Positions 9,169 through 18,633 of a DNA stretch of 64,000 nt are shown here, in pieces. Origin of the DNA: Nitrososphaerota archaeon. GTDB lineage: Archaea; Thermoproteota; Nitrososphaeria_A; Caldarchaeales; Calditenuaceae. The stretch is from assembly GCA_038845265.1 (NCBI GenBank), contig JAWBQR010000001.1:32001-96000 (forward strand), read 5' to 3'. Position 1 is the first letter of the stretch; every line of letters starts with the position of its first letter. A program made the position numbers and the translations under genes. Below the pieces are notes generated by a model. It did no database searches. It was not told the DNA's origin and was given only the letters and a program-made list of their open reading frames with translations.

Positions 9169-9276
9169 TCTTTTATGTTTTTCTTTTACAAAAATATATA
9201 CCGGATTTTATTTCTTATTTTTGCGTATTGGAGAGTTTATATTGTTCTGTTTAAGATAACCATTGGGTAAATTAAG

Positions 9277-9735
9277 ATGCCTAATTGGAAATATTCAGTA
9301 CAGATAACGGAGCCTGCAAAAACTGTCAAGGCGAGCCTAAGGGAGATTGATGTTTCTCCGAAATGGAGCAGAGAGGTATGTCAAGCAATAAAAGGATTAA
9401 GGATAGATAAAGCAAAGAAATTATTAGAAGAAGTAATAGCTAAGAAAAGAATGATTCCTTATAGGAGATATAGAAAGCTACGTGCACATCATTCTGAAAC
9501 AAAGGGACCAGGTGGATATCCAGTTAAGGTCGCCAGAAGAGTATTAAAATTGCTTGATTCACTGGAGGCAAACGCCGAGTTTAAGGGGCTCGACCTAGAT
9601 AAGCTATACATCACGCATGCCGTCGCTCATAAAGGACGCGTCATTAAAAAATTCTTCCCAAGAGCCTTTGGCAGAGCTTCTCCCCATAATAAGACACTTG
9701 TCCATATTGAAGTTATAGCCACAGAGATAGGATAA
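9277..9735 (+). CDS. rpl22: 50S ribosomal protein L22 (uL22)
   Basis: SPKWSREVC, YPVK, NAEFKGLD, PRAFGRA. Confidence 0.97.
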   Translation: MPNWKYSVQITEPAKTVKASLREIDVSPKWSREVCQAIKGLRIDKAKKLLEEVIAKKRMIPYRRYRKLRAHHSETKGPGGYPVKVARRVLKLLDSLEANAEFKGLDLDKLYITHAVAHKGRVIKKFFPRAFGRASPHNKTLVHIEVIATEIG

Positions 9736-9776
9736 AATTCACGTTTATATAGAGTCTACAAGGATTAAAGACAGAG

Positions 9777-10427
9777 TTGCCAACTACAGTGATGAAGATC
9801 CTCAGCAAGAATATAATACGAATGGAGATAGAGGAATATATTAGAGAGAGGCTAAAAGATGCTTTTTTCGGAGGAGTAAGCATAACTTCTTCACCAATAG
9901 GTACCAACATAACTATTTACTCAATGCGGCCAGGATTAGTCATCGGCACTAGAGGTAAAGTCATTAAAGCATTGCAAAAAGAGCTGGAAGAGAAGTTTGG
10001 GCTTGAGAATCTTCAGATCTCTGTTTCAGAGATAGAAGTCCCCGAGCTTAATCCATATGTTATGGCCCAGAGAATTGCACAGGCAATTTCGAGCGGAGTT
10101 AGATGGCGAAGAGTTGCCTTCTGGGCATTAAGACGAATAATGGACGCCGGTGCACGGGGCGCAGAGATTACTATAAGTGGAAAATTGACGTCAGCGAGGG
10201 CTAGGTCTGAGAAATTTTTCGCTGGAATAATGCCTAAATCAGGCGAGTTCGCTAAGCGATACGTTAAGACAGGCGTCGCTCATGTACAGCTAGCAACCGG
10301 CATATATGGAATAAAGGTGAAAATTTATCCGCCAGATGCTCCCTTAGCTGAGGAAGTTAAAATTGAAGAATTAAAAGAGGGACTAAAGGTGATGAGTAGT
10401 GAGGGCGCTCAAGGAGTTAAGAAGTAA
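9777..10427 (+). CDS. rps3: 30S ribosomal protein S3 (uS3)
   Basis: RPGLVIG KH domain, PELNP, GARGAEITISGKL. Confidence 0.97.
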   Translation: MPTTVMKILSKNIIRMEIEEYIRERLKDAFFGGVSITSSPIGTNITIYSMRPGLVIGTRGKVIKALQKELEEKFGLENLQISVSEIEVPELNPYVMAQRIAQAISSGVRWRRVAFWALRRIMDAGARGAEITISGKLTSARARSEKFFAGIMPKSGEFAKRYVKTGVAHVQLATGIYGIKVKIYPPDAPLAEEVKIEELKEGLKVMSSEGAQGVKK

Positions 10428-10620
10428 GTCTGATGAAGAATTAATCGAGGAACTCCAAGAACTAAGGACAGAACTAAGAAATCTACGAACAAAGATAAGA
10501 TCAGGAGGAGCAGTTGAGAACTCTGGACAATTACGGAATATTAAGAGGACGATCGCGAGGATCCTTACAATACTTAATGAGAGAAAAAGAGGATTAGGCA
10601 AGAAACTTGGAGAAGAGTAA
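10399..10620 (+). CDS. rpl29: 50S ribosomal protein L29 (uL29)
   Basis: ELR...LRTEL...NSGQLRNIKRTIARILT; operon position. Confidence 0.95.
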   Translation: MRALKELRSKSDEELIEELQELRTELRNLRTKIRSGGAVENSGQLRNIKRTIARILTILNERKRGLGKKLGEE

Positions 10621-10906
10621 AACTAAGCGTAAGATAATATCTATGGTTGGGTATCAGGTCAAAATAAAACCAAAGTTTAGCGATTACGTGATTGATGGAA
10701 TGATTATTGATGAGACGAAAAATATGATAACGATTAGGGCTACTCAGGGCACCATAAAAAGATTTCCTAAAAACGCTATTTCACTTTATATATGTGACTA
10801 TGATAAGCACCTTTACTTAAAAGATGGCAAACAAATCATTGGCACTCCAAGCGAAAGGGTTAAGCGTATTCGTCGTAAGTGGGCAAAAACATTAGATAAA
10901 CGTTAA
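10607..10906 (+). CDS. rnp1: Ribonuclease P protein subunit p29 (Pop4/Rpp29)
   Basis: GMIIDETKNMI, PK, G..IIGTPSER; between rpl29 and rps17. Confidence 0.85.
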   Translation: MEKSKTKRKIISMVGYQVKIKPKFSDYVIDGMIIDETKNMITIRATQGTIKRFPKNAISLYICDYDKHLYLKDGKQIIGTPSERVKRIRRKWAKTLDKR

Positions 10907-10954
10907 TACCTACACTCACCGTTTTTCATCAGACCAGCAGTAGAGTGGTCGATA

Positions 10955-11296
10955 ATGAAGCCGACTAGGAATATTGGACTTGACGTGACGCCTCCTACAA
11001 AAACATGTGATGATGAGAAATGTCCATATCACGGGTCTGTATCAGTTAGGGGCATCATAATTACTGGCAAGGTTATTAAGAAATACATGAAGAACGCTGC
11101 CGTTATCGAGAGAAATACTGTGTATTATGTAAAGAAATATAAGAGGTATGAGAGGAGACGTAAGAGAATTTCTGTCCACTTGCCGCCATGCATTGATGCT
11201 GATGTTGGCGATGTCGTTAGGGCAGCTGAATGTAGACCACTCTCCAAGACCATTAGTTTTGTAGTAATAGAGAATCTCTCAAGAAAGGGTGGTTAG
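10955..11296 (+). CDS. rps17: 30S ribosomal protein S17 (uS17)
   Basis: [26 protein letters not shown]. Confidence 0.97.
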   Translation: MKPTRNIGLDVTPPTKTCDDEKCPYHGSVSVRGIIITGKVIKKYMKNAAVIERNTVYYVKKYKRYERRRKRISVHLPPCIDADVGDVVRAAECRPLSKTISFVVIENLSRKGG

Positions 11297-11298
11297 AG

Positions 11299-11733
11299 AT
11301 GGCTAAGAGGTCAAGAGCAGTCTCTGAGGTGGGAATACTTCTTAGACGCCCAAATATACCTAGGACAATTACTCATGGAGCATTAATCAACTGTGCTGAC
11401 AACTCAGGGGCTCAAATTCTTAAGGTCATTCAAGTGGTAGGTTTAAAGGGTCGATTAAGGAGACAACCAGCAGCAGGGGTCGGCGACCTAGTGACGGTTA
11501 CTGTCAAAAAGGGAAACATAGAATTAAGGAAGAAGATCATGTATGCTATTATAATTAGGCAGAAGAAGCCTTATAGGAGACCCGATGGTACATGGATAGC
11601 ATTTGAGGATAATGCTGGAGTTTTAGTCACTCCTGAAGGAGACTTAAAGGGGACGGAGATAAAGGGCCCAGTAGCAAAGGAAGCCGCTGAAAGGTGGGCA
11701 AAAATTGCTAATGCTGCATCAATAATTATTTGA
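11299..11733 (+). CDS. rpl14: 50S ribosomal protein L14 (uL14)
   Basis: [30 protein letters not shown]. Confidence 0.97.
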   Translation: MAKRSRAVSEVGILLRRPNIPRTITHGALINCADNSGAQILKVIQVVGLKGRLRRQPAAGVGDLVTVTVKKGNIELRKKIMYAIIIRQKKPYRRPDGTWIAFEDNAGVLVTPEGDLKGTEIKGPVAKEAAERWAKIANAASIII

Positions 11734-11748
11734 GAGGGGGTAGAGATT

Positions 11749-12132
11749 ATGAAGCCCAAGGATCCGAGTAAACAACGTAAAAAATTGTTTAGAGCACCTT
11801 ATCACTTATTAAAGGAAATGATGAAGGCACATCTATCTAGTGAGCTTGCGGAGAGATATAAAAGAAGAGCTGTTCCTATAAGAAAGGGGGATACAGTGAA
11901 GGTACTTAGAGGGGAGTTTAAAGGGATTCAGGGCAAAGTAATAAATGTAGATAGGAGAAGGATGAGGATATATGTTGAGAATGTTACAAGAAAGAAGGCA
12001 GACGGGTCTACAGTGAATGTACCCATCCATGTCACTAAAGTAATGATAACTCAGTTAAACTTAGATGACGAGTATAGGAAAACCTTGCTAGAAGGAGGAA
12101 GAAGAGCCTTAGCTGAGTGGAAGGCAAGGTGA
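11749..12132 (+). CDS. rpl24: 50S ribosomal protein L24 (uL24)
   Basis: PSKQRK, IRKGDTVKVLRG KOW motif. Confidence 0.97.
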   Translation: MKPKDPSKQRKKLFRAPYHLLKEMMKAHLSSELAERYKRRAVPIRKGDTVKVLRGEFKGIQGKVINVDRRRMRIYVENVTRKKADGSTVNVPIHVTKVMITQLNLDDEYRKTLLEGGRRALAEWKAR

Positions 12133-12139
12133 TGAATAT

Positions 12140-12856
12140 ATGAGACTAAAAAGATTAGCTGCACCAAAATCCTTCATAATTCCAAGAAAGGGAAAGAAGT
12201 TTGCTCCTCACCCAGTAGCGGGCCCACATCCGAAGAATTCTTCCATCCCACTTCTCCTCATCATTAGGGACTACTTGAAGTATGCTTCAACCGGGCTGGA
12301 GGCTGAGAAAATAATAAAAATGAAAAAAGTAATGATTGATAATCGATATGTCACTGAACCTAGATATCCTGTGGGATTAATGGATGTCATATCGTTGCCA
12401 GACGTCAATGAGCATTATAGAGTAATACCGATCTATAAGAGAGGATTAACATTAATTAAAATTGATGAGGATGAGGCTAGTTTTAAATTAGGCATGATAA
12501 TTCGAAAGACGATGGTTAAGGATGGCGCTATTCAGTTTACACTACATGACGGGAGGAACCTACTTTTCAAAAATCCCTCCTCGGATGTAAAGTTAATTCC
12601 AGTAGGAGATACATTTAAGATAAGTCTCCCAGACCAAGAATTACTTACACACCTCGAATTGGCAGAAGGTAACTATGGGTTGATTATCGCTGGTTCGAGG
12701 TCTGGACTCCATGGAAAAATAATCAAGATTGATAAGACGCCAAAATATCCTGCTAAACCGTTAATCCAGCTTGAGTCTAATATAGGAACAATATCTACTA
12801 TCCTGAAGTACGTAATGGTAGTAGGGGATGAAAAACCATGGCTGAAACTAAGTTAG
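12140..12856 (+). CDS. rps4e: 30S ribosomal protein S4e (eS4)
   Basis: LKRLAAP, GPH, PVGLMDVI, LHDGRN. Confidence 0.97.
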   Translation: MRLKRLAAPKSFIIPRKGKKFAPHPVAGPHPKNSSIPLLLIIRDYLKYASTGLEAEKIIKMKKVMIDNRYVTEPRYPVGLMDVISLPDVNEHYRVIPIYKRGLTLIKIDEDEASFKLGMIIRKTMVKDGAIQFTLHDGRNLLFKNPSSDVKLIPVGDTFKISLPDQELLTHLELAEGNYGLIIAGSRSGLHGKIIKIDKTPKYPAKPLIQLESNIGTISTILKYVMVVGDEKPWLKLS

Positions 12857-13368
12857 AAAATATCAATAGACGAATCAGGATATCAAAGGTTATAATTAAT
12901 TCAAGCCTAGGCGCAGCAGCTGCTAGGCTTGAAAAAGCATCGAAGATACTAGAAGAACTTACAGGACAAAAACCATCTCTTAGAAGAGCCAAAAAAACAA
13001 TAAGAGGGTTTGGAATTCATAAGGGAGAACCAATTGCAGTGATGGTAACTTTGAGGGGGGAGAAAGCAATTGAATTTTTAAAGAATGCACTAGCTGCAGT
13101 TGGAAATAAGTTAAAAGAAAGCAGCTTCGATGAGTATGGAAATTTTGCCTTCGGAATTAAAGAGCACTTGGATATTCCCGGAACTAAATACAATCCAGAA
13201 GTTGGAATTATTGGTATGGATGTGATAGTTAATGTTGATAGACCTGGACGTAGAGTAGAACTAAGGAGAATAAAAAGAAGCAAAATTGGTAGAAATCATA
13301 GGATAACAAAAGAAGAATCAATAGAATTCATTCAAAAAGAGTTTAACGTAGAGATAATTAGGGAGTAA
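12838..13368 (+). CDS. rpl5: 50S ribosomal protein L5 (uL5)
   Basis: LTGQKP, FGIHKGEPI, GNFAFGIKEH, YNPEVGIIGMD. Confidence 0.97.
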   Translation: MAETKLENINRRIRISKVIINSSLGAAAARLEKASKILEELTGQKPSLRRAKKTIRGFGIHKGEPIAVMVTLRGEKAIEFLKNALAAVGNKLKESSFDEYGNFAFGIKEHLDIPGTKYNPEVGIIGMDVIVNVDRPGRRVELRRIKRSKIGRNHRITKEESIEFIQKEFNVEIIRE

Positions 13369-13378
13369 AGTATTATTT

Positions 13379-15547
13379 TTAGATTTTTCCTATTATTGGT
13401 TCAAGGATGGTGCTTGCTGCTCTTTTAAGCATCTCAATATACTTTCTTGAGTCATAGCTGTATGTTGTTGATACATCAATAGGCACTGCCTTAAAACTAC
13501 CCTCATCTCTACATAGCACATAATTAAGCATAACCCCTGGCCCGGCATCTATGCCTTCTCTCCTAAGAATCTTAGCTGCACTTAATGTATATGTATTGTT
13601 AGAGTATATTTCAATTGGGGCGCAAAGCGACCTAGAGATCACTAAATCTTCTGGATCCACATTTCCCACCACGATTCTCCTAATATATTGATTTAGTAAT
13701 TGTTTACATTTTTCGGCTTCCTTAACTAGCTGTTGATGAGAGTTCGCTCTGCTTAAATTATTGAGCATCTCAATCTGCATTTTCTTAACTATCGGCGGCG
13801 TGTCGCGTCTTCTTGCCTCTATTCCTCTATACTTTAGTGTATTATTTCTAAGCACTCCGAAGTATCTATTATTGACGGGCCGTGAGGAGTGTGTCTTAGA
13901 TTTTAGAAAAACTATCCATTTATATCTACCTTCATAACTTACTGGCAGTCCTGTTTTATTCTCTATTTCTTCAGCTAGCTCTAAGTATTCATCATCGCTT
14001 GCATTCTTTTTCCATATCCAGAGCGAGTCCACTATTCCATGAATGACCTTAAATCTCCTCCTCTCGGCTATTTTTATCGACCTTAAAAGAACCTCCCTAG
14101 CATAGCTACACACAGCCATATGTGCTTCTCTTCTACCGAATTTTGCTTTTCTGAATCCTAGATAGCCGAATGACGTGACTAAGATCCATTTAAGCGCATC
14201 AGACCTGGCCTTATAAATCTCTTTTGAGACACTGTTGTCTTCAGATCTATAGAGCATTTTATAGATGAGTCTCCTTGTGATGATACTTTCTATTGCTCGC
14301 GGCACAATTCCTCGCCATTTTTTGCATATATGAAAGCCTAACTCCGGGACGATTTCGCCCTCGCCTCTGCAACATTCACAGTTTATAGTCTCTCCACTTA
14401 TGTTATGCCTAACCATTAGTTGAGGATAAAGACTCTGAAAATCTATCTCACCAACATTCCAATAGATTCCAGCCGCAGCATCGAGTATTAATCCTCCACG
14501 GTCGGCCCTCCTAAGTTTTTGGGCATCAATATACGAGGTTGTGTTTGGGGTCCAAGGAATTAATATGCCAAGTTTATAAGCATGGTAATATTGAAGAGAG
14601 CTCATACACATCCCTATTGTGTAACGAGCAGCAAGCTGTAGAGGTATGCGTGCAACTCTAGAGACCTCTACTAATCCATTCAGACCCGTAGTGGATGCAA
14701 GCATCGAGTTTTCCAAATCCACATGAATCCTACCCTTCAGAAATACAGGAGTGTGAGACCTGTAGATCCTCCCATAACTCATATACGAATAAGACTTTGT
14801 ACGTATGGGAATTGATCCGCTACATCTATTTAGTCTGAGCTCTAATCCAAGCACTGAAGCTCTATATTGCAGATATGGCAGTTGAAATGAATCGCCGCCA
14901 GCTGTAAGAATCACGTCTATGTCAAATTCTTCAAGAACATTTCCCAGCCCACGTATTATTGCTTCCTCGTCACCATCCAGCTCTACTCTTTCACTACCGA
15001 TAAGCACAATCCTTTCTATCCTATCATTGAATTGGGGAATCTTCCTGCTCTTTCTTGGAATAATTATTAATTTGGCAACTTGCATCCAATCTATATTATA
15101 ATTAACTCTGAGTTGTGATTCGAGGCTAGTTATTTGGTCACCTTTTACCGCGATGAGGGCAGTTGGAAATAAGTCATGTTCATAGAGAAAACTCTGCATA
15201 GATGGTAGATCAACGTTAAAAAGCTTAAACTCAACATAATTTCCCATTTCTAAGAGTTTTCTCGCCAATAACTTTTTAAAACCAATCGGGACCGATATCT
15301 CTAGTGCCTTTCTATTTTTTCTTCCAGGTTCGATAAATTTTTCAACAATATTAACTCGATAGCTACTGCTTAAGTGTTGATAAAGTTCGATTAATTTAGG
15401 AACTGGTCCAATTAAGCAGATCTTAGGAAGCCATTCTACGACGTGCTTATAGACATCCTTTGGGCCTCTCTTAATCCAGAGGGCCACAGAATTCGGCCCT
15501 TCAGGATGCAGGTCTAGGAGCCAGCCTTTGATCATAATAATTATCAC
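13379..15547 (-). CDS. polB2: Family B DNA polymerase, PolB2/Dpo2 group (motif C altered)
   Basis: DFQSLYP (motif A), KWILVTSFGYLG (motif B), HGIVDS in place of YGDTDS, RGIEARRRD; CECC...HICK Zn insertion; degenerate exonuclease motifs. Confidence 0.88.
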   Translation of the reverse strand: MIIIMIKGWLLDLHPEGPNSVALWIKRGPKDVYKHVVEWLPKICLIGPVPKLIELYQHLSSSYRVNIVEKFIEPGRKNRKALEISVPIGFKKLLARKLLEMGNYVEFKLFNVDLPSMQSFLYEHDLFPTALIAVKGDQITSLESQLRVNYNIDWMQVAKLIIIPRKSRKIPQFNDRIERIVLIGSERVELDGDEEAIIRGLGNVLEEFDIDVILTAGGDSFQLPYLQYRASVLGLELRLNRCSGSIPIRTKSYSYMSYGRIYRSHTPVFLKGRIHVDLENSMLASTTGLNGLVEVSRVARIPLQLAARYTIGMCMSSLQYYHAYKLGILIPWTPNTTSYIDAQKLRRADRGGLILDAAAGIYWNVGEIDFQSLYPQLMVRHNISGETINCECCRGEGEIVPELGFHICKKWRGIVPRAIESIITRRLIYKMLYRSEDNSVSKEIYKARSDALKWILVTSFGYLGFRKAKFGRREAHMAVCSYAREVLLRSIKIAERRRFKVIHGIVDSLWIWKKNASDDEYLELAEEIENKTGLPVSYEGRYKWIVFLKSKTHSSRPVNNRYFGVLRNNTLKYRGIEARRRDTPPIVKKMQIEMLNNLSRANSHQQLVKEAEKCKQLLNQYIRRIVVGNVDPEDLVISRSLCAPIEIYSNNTYTLSAAKILRREGIDAGPGVMLNYVLCRDEGSFKAVPIDVSTTYSYDSRKYIEMLKRAASTILEPIIGKI

Positions 15548-15849
15548 TCGAAAGTATCTTTATGATTACTGGATCTGCTAACCATCATCAAGCTATTTTT
15601 TACTTTCTTTTCAAGAAGCATAATTCTATGCTCATGATTCATGAGGATAGACATTATGAAGATTCTAAACACTTCTTGTTCAGGAGTCATTGTACCGGCA
15701 TGAATGTATCTAAATGCACCATCAATCATTCTCTCAAATACTTCACGTTCATCCTTCAATAATGCTCTTCTAAAGTTAGCCCATTTAGCAATCTCAGACT
15801 CAAGACGTTGACGATACGTTAGTGATGATCTACCCATTCCTGAATACAA
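15544..15849 (-). CDS. Small helical PolB2-associated protein (arCOG07300-like)
   Basis: MGRS..TYR..LE.EI..W..FRRAL..ERE.F signature; GTGA overlap with polB2. Confidence 0.75.
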   Translation of the reverse strand: MYSGMGRSSLTYRQRLESEIAKWANFRRALLKDEREVFERMIDGAFRYIHAGTMTPEQEVFRIFIMSILMNHEHRIMLLEKKVKNSLMMVSRSSNHKDTFE

Positions 15850-15975
15850 TTTTAATTACTTAATGATAAGTCAAGAGAGTTTTCCGAAAATGCATAGATA
15901 TAAAGAGAGGACGAGAAAAGTGACGGCTATAGTTGTGAAAATGGATTGTAATTGGCCATTTGAACTAGCGGGACT

Positions 15976-16962
15976 TTAGATATTATTAAGGACTAAATCC
16001 CTAAAGAGCTCTAATTTGTCATCAATGTGAGAGTCTACTAAATAAAACATGAAATATTGAGCTCCAGCCTCGCGTATTCTTCCTAGAAAATCTGTTATTT
16101 TTTCGGGACTTCCGATAGGATTATTCTTTACTATATTTTCAGTAGATGATAATCCCCAAGCTTCGCCGAGACGTTTTAGCCTAGATATAACCATCTCATC
16201 TGTTTTTTCCAATAGTACGATCCCATGATAAGTTAGTTCTACTTCATCTTTCTTTCTGGGAACACCGTCTAGATATTTTTGCAGTATCTCAATTTTTCTT
16301 CTATATGATTCAGGATCTCCACCGCCATTCCATCTATCTGCATGTTTAGCTACTACTCTCAAGGTCAGTTTTTCACCTCCTCCCCCAATAAGTAGTCTCG
16401 GTCTGGGCTTTTGCAGAGGCTTTGGATAGTTAATTGCATTACTTATTCTGTAATATTTTCCATTAAATGAGAACTCTTCTTGAGTCCACATGCCCTTTAT
16501 TATGATGGCTGCCTCCTCTAGCATGGCTATTCTTCTGGCATTAGATGGGAAATCGTATCCATAATCAATATATTCCTTTTCATACCACCCAGCACCTATT
16601 CCAAGCTCCATCCTGCCACCTGATATCACGTCGAAACTGCTGCTCATTTTTGCTAGTAATGAGGGCATCCTATAGCTATTACACGTAACCATTGTTCCAA
16701 GCCGAATAGTGCGTGATGCTTTTGCTAAGGCAGTGAGAGTAACCCATGCCTCGAAGACAGATTCCTTTTTTATTGTAGGATAAGTATAGAAATGATCATA
16801 AACCCATGCCGAATGATAACCAAGCCTCTCCGCTCTGACTAAAGTATTCTCAATCAGTTCATATTGTTTGTCATACGTGACCTCTGGCAAATCTAATCTA
16901 AAGCCTGTTGGAAGCACCAATCCAAATATTGGCTTCATATTAAATGGGATAACCAGCCTCAT
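15976..16962 (-). CDS. LLM-class (luciferase-like) probable F420-dependent oxidoreductase
   Basis: AERLGYHSAWVYDH, IRLGTMV, SGGRMELGIGAGW, PKPLQKPRP, GGGGE. Confidence 0.9.
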   Translation of the reverse strand: MRLVIPFNMKPIFGLVLPTGFRLDLPEVTYDKQYELIENTLVRAERLGYHSAWVYDHFYTYPTIKKESVFEAWVTLTALAKASRTIRLGTMVTCNSYRMPSLLAKMSSSFDVISGGRMELGIGAGWYEKEYIDYGYDFPSNARRIAMLEEAAIIIKGMWTQEEFSFNGKYYRISNAINYPKPLQKPRPRLLIGGGGEKLTLRVVAKHADRWNGGGDPESYRRKIEILQKYLDGVPRKKDEVELTYHGIVLLEKTDEMVISRLKRLGEAWGLSSTENIVKNNPIGSPEKITDFLGRIREAGAQYFMFYLVDSHIDDKLELFRDLVLNNI

Positions 16963-17067
16963 AAATATATTACTTCTATCATCTTTTGCGAGTAGTTTTT
17001 AAGACAAATTTTACATTTTCAATACAGACAAATATTTTTAAGTTAGGACATATGTAAAAAAGACCAG

Positions 17068-17232
17068 ATGGGTAAGAATAGGCCACCAAAAATGCGGAAA
17101 TTCGGAAAAGGAGTTGCAAAATGCAAGAGATGCGGAACCAGTGTAGGGGTAATTAGAAAATATAGACTTTACCTATGTAGAAGATGCATAAATGAAGTTG
17201 CCCCACTAATGGGCTTCAAGGTATATAATTAA
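17068..17232 (+). CDS. rps14: 30S ribosomal protein S14 (uS14, Zn-binding); not in ORF track
   Basis: Translated by hand: MGKNRPPKMRKFGKGVAKCKRCGTSVGVIRKYRLYLCRRCINEVAPLMGFKVYN*, C-x2-C-x14-C-x2-C. Confidence 0.95.
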   Translation: MGKNRPPKMRKFGKGVAKCKRCGTSVGVIRKYRLYLCRRCINEVAPLMGFKVYN

Positions 17233-17239
17233 ACAAAAT

Positions 17240-18178
17240 CTATATCACAACTTCTCTGGGAGGTCTGAGAGCCTCACTAACAAATGATGCGGGGAGCTCG
17301 TCTATTTTGCCATTAAGGGCATGATGATATAGAGTCTCACACATGTCTATTAGGCTCAGAAAATTTAGGTATTCTCTTAAAACAGATTCATCATCTTTAT
17401 CTTCCAAGCGAGAAGACGCAATCTTATATGCTAGGATTGCCGAATTCATTAAGTAATCACCTATCCATGGGGGGACAGCATGTCCAGCCGATAGGCCGAA
17501 TCTCATCACTGGACTTTTACTCAAAAATTTACTCGGTCCCCAAGGTATCTTGATTGTTGATATGAGGTTACTAAAAGTATTTTTAGGTGATGTTAAGATT
17601 CCGGTTACAAATCTTCCTAAATTGAGATATAAATTAATTCCAGAATAATCTATTATTAATGAATCTGATATTTCTGAATTCTTGACGCATCCTGTCGATA
17701 TTAATAAAGTGTAATCCCCAGAAGGAGGAGAATTCTTAATCAATAACCTACTAGATATTTCCTCTATGCCGAAGGGAAACTTAACAATAACATGCACATT
17801 ATCAACGGTTTGCTTTATAATCTGAGCATCCGACCATAGGTAAAACAATCCTTCCATATATTCAGCAAAAAATTCGCATAAATTCAAGACATCCAAAATA
17901 GCGATTCTGAAATGTAGATACGAGTGTATAGAGCTTTTTCCAAAATTAAAATACATAGTTAGTTTATCTATTGTCCTCCTAATTATTAAGGGATTGTTTA
18001 AATTCAATCCTAGGGAGTGAACTAATTTTAACGAGACTGGAATATACAACTGATTTCCACCGAGCCCTATAGCATTATCTACAATAGCTACTCGGTAACC
18101 CTTTTTTGACAACAAATTTGCTGTTATAAGAGAACACACGTCGGCACCGATAATTATTACATCAACTTCTTTTTTCAT
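17240..18178 (-). CDS. Divergent FAD-dependent oxidoreductase (geranylgeranyl-reductase-like), possibly inactive
   Basis: DVIIIGADVCSL (degenerate GxGxxG), GYRVAIVD, GLSAGHAVPPWIG similar to GDAAG..P..G. Confidence 0.55.
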   Translation of the reverse strand: MKKEVDVIIIGADVCSLITANLLSKKGYRVAIVDNAIGLGGNQLYIPVSLKLVHSLGLNLNNPLIIRRTIDKLTMYFNFGKSSIHSYLHFRIAILDVLNLCEFFAEYMEGLFYLWSDAQIIKQTVDNVHVIVKFPFGIEEISSRLLIKNSPPSGDYTLLISTGCVKNSEISDSLIIDYSGINLYLNLGRFVTGILTSPKNTFSNLISTIKIPWGPSKFLSKSPVMRFGLSAGHAVPPWIGDYLMNSAILAYKIASSRLEDKDDESVLREYLNFLSLIDMCETLYHHALNGKIDELPASFVSEALRPPREVVI

Positions 18179-18551
18179 TTCTTTCCTGTCCTTCCTTCTC
18201 ACGCTCAATAATTTCTTTAGGCAGTTTTTCTCTCCATTTTTCTAAAAACATTGCCTCACGTTTTTTATCTCTTAGACCATCCGGCAACATTATAGGTATA
18301 TCATCTATGATTGGATACCACCTTTCACATTTATCACAAAAAAGAAGCCCGTCGCTAATCTCATATGTATAGCAATCATTACATTTTGTTACTGTCAGAT
18401 TATTAATGTAATCTCCATGATAGGAGCAGTAAATTTCGCATTTTATTGTGCCTTTCACTAAGTATCTTTTATCGACATGGAATATTTTTAAAGATAATGG
18501 AAAATTCCTACACATGGGACAAGCTAGGATATCCATCAATCGATACTTCAA
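18162..18551 (-). CDS. trm112: Trm112 family methyltransferase activator
   Basis: KYRLMDILACPMC...GLLFCDKCERWYPIIDDIPIMLPD; TTG start at 18551 preferred. Confidence 0.88.
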   Translation of the reverse strand: MKYRLMDILACPMCRNFPLSLKIFHVDKRYLVKGTIKCEIYCSYHGDYINNLTVTKCNDCYTYEISDGLLFCDKCERWYPIIDDIPIMLPDGLRDKKREAMFLEKWREKLPKEIIEREKEGQERNEKRS

Positions 18552-18633
18552 GCCTGTATCAAATCTTGGTGATATCCTGCTTATTAATCTGTTCGGAAAG
18601 AAAACCTTAACAAATGGCAAAAATCTATATGAA

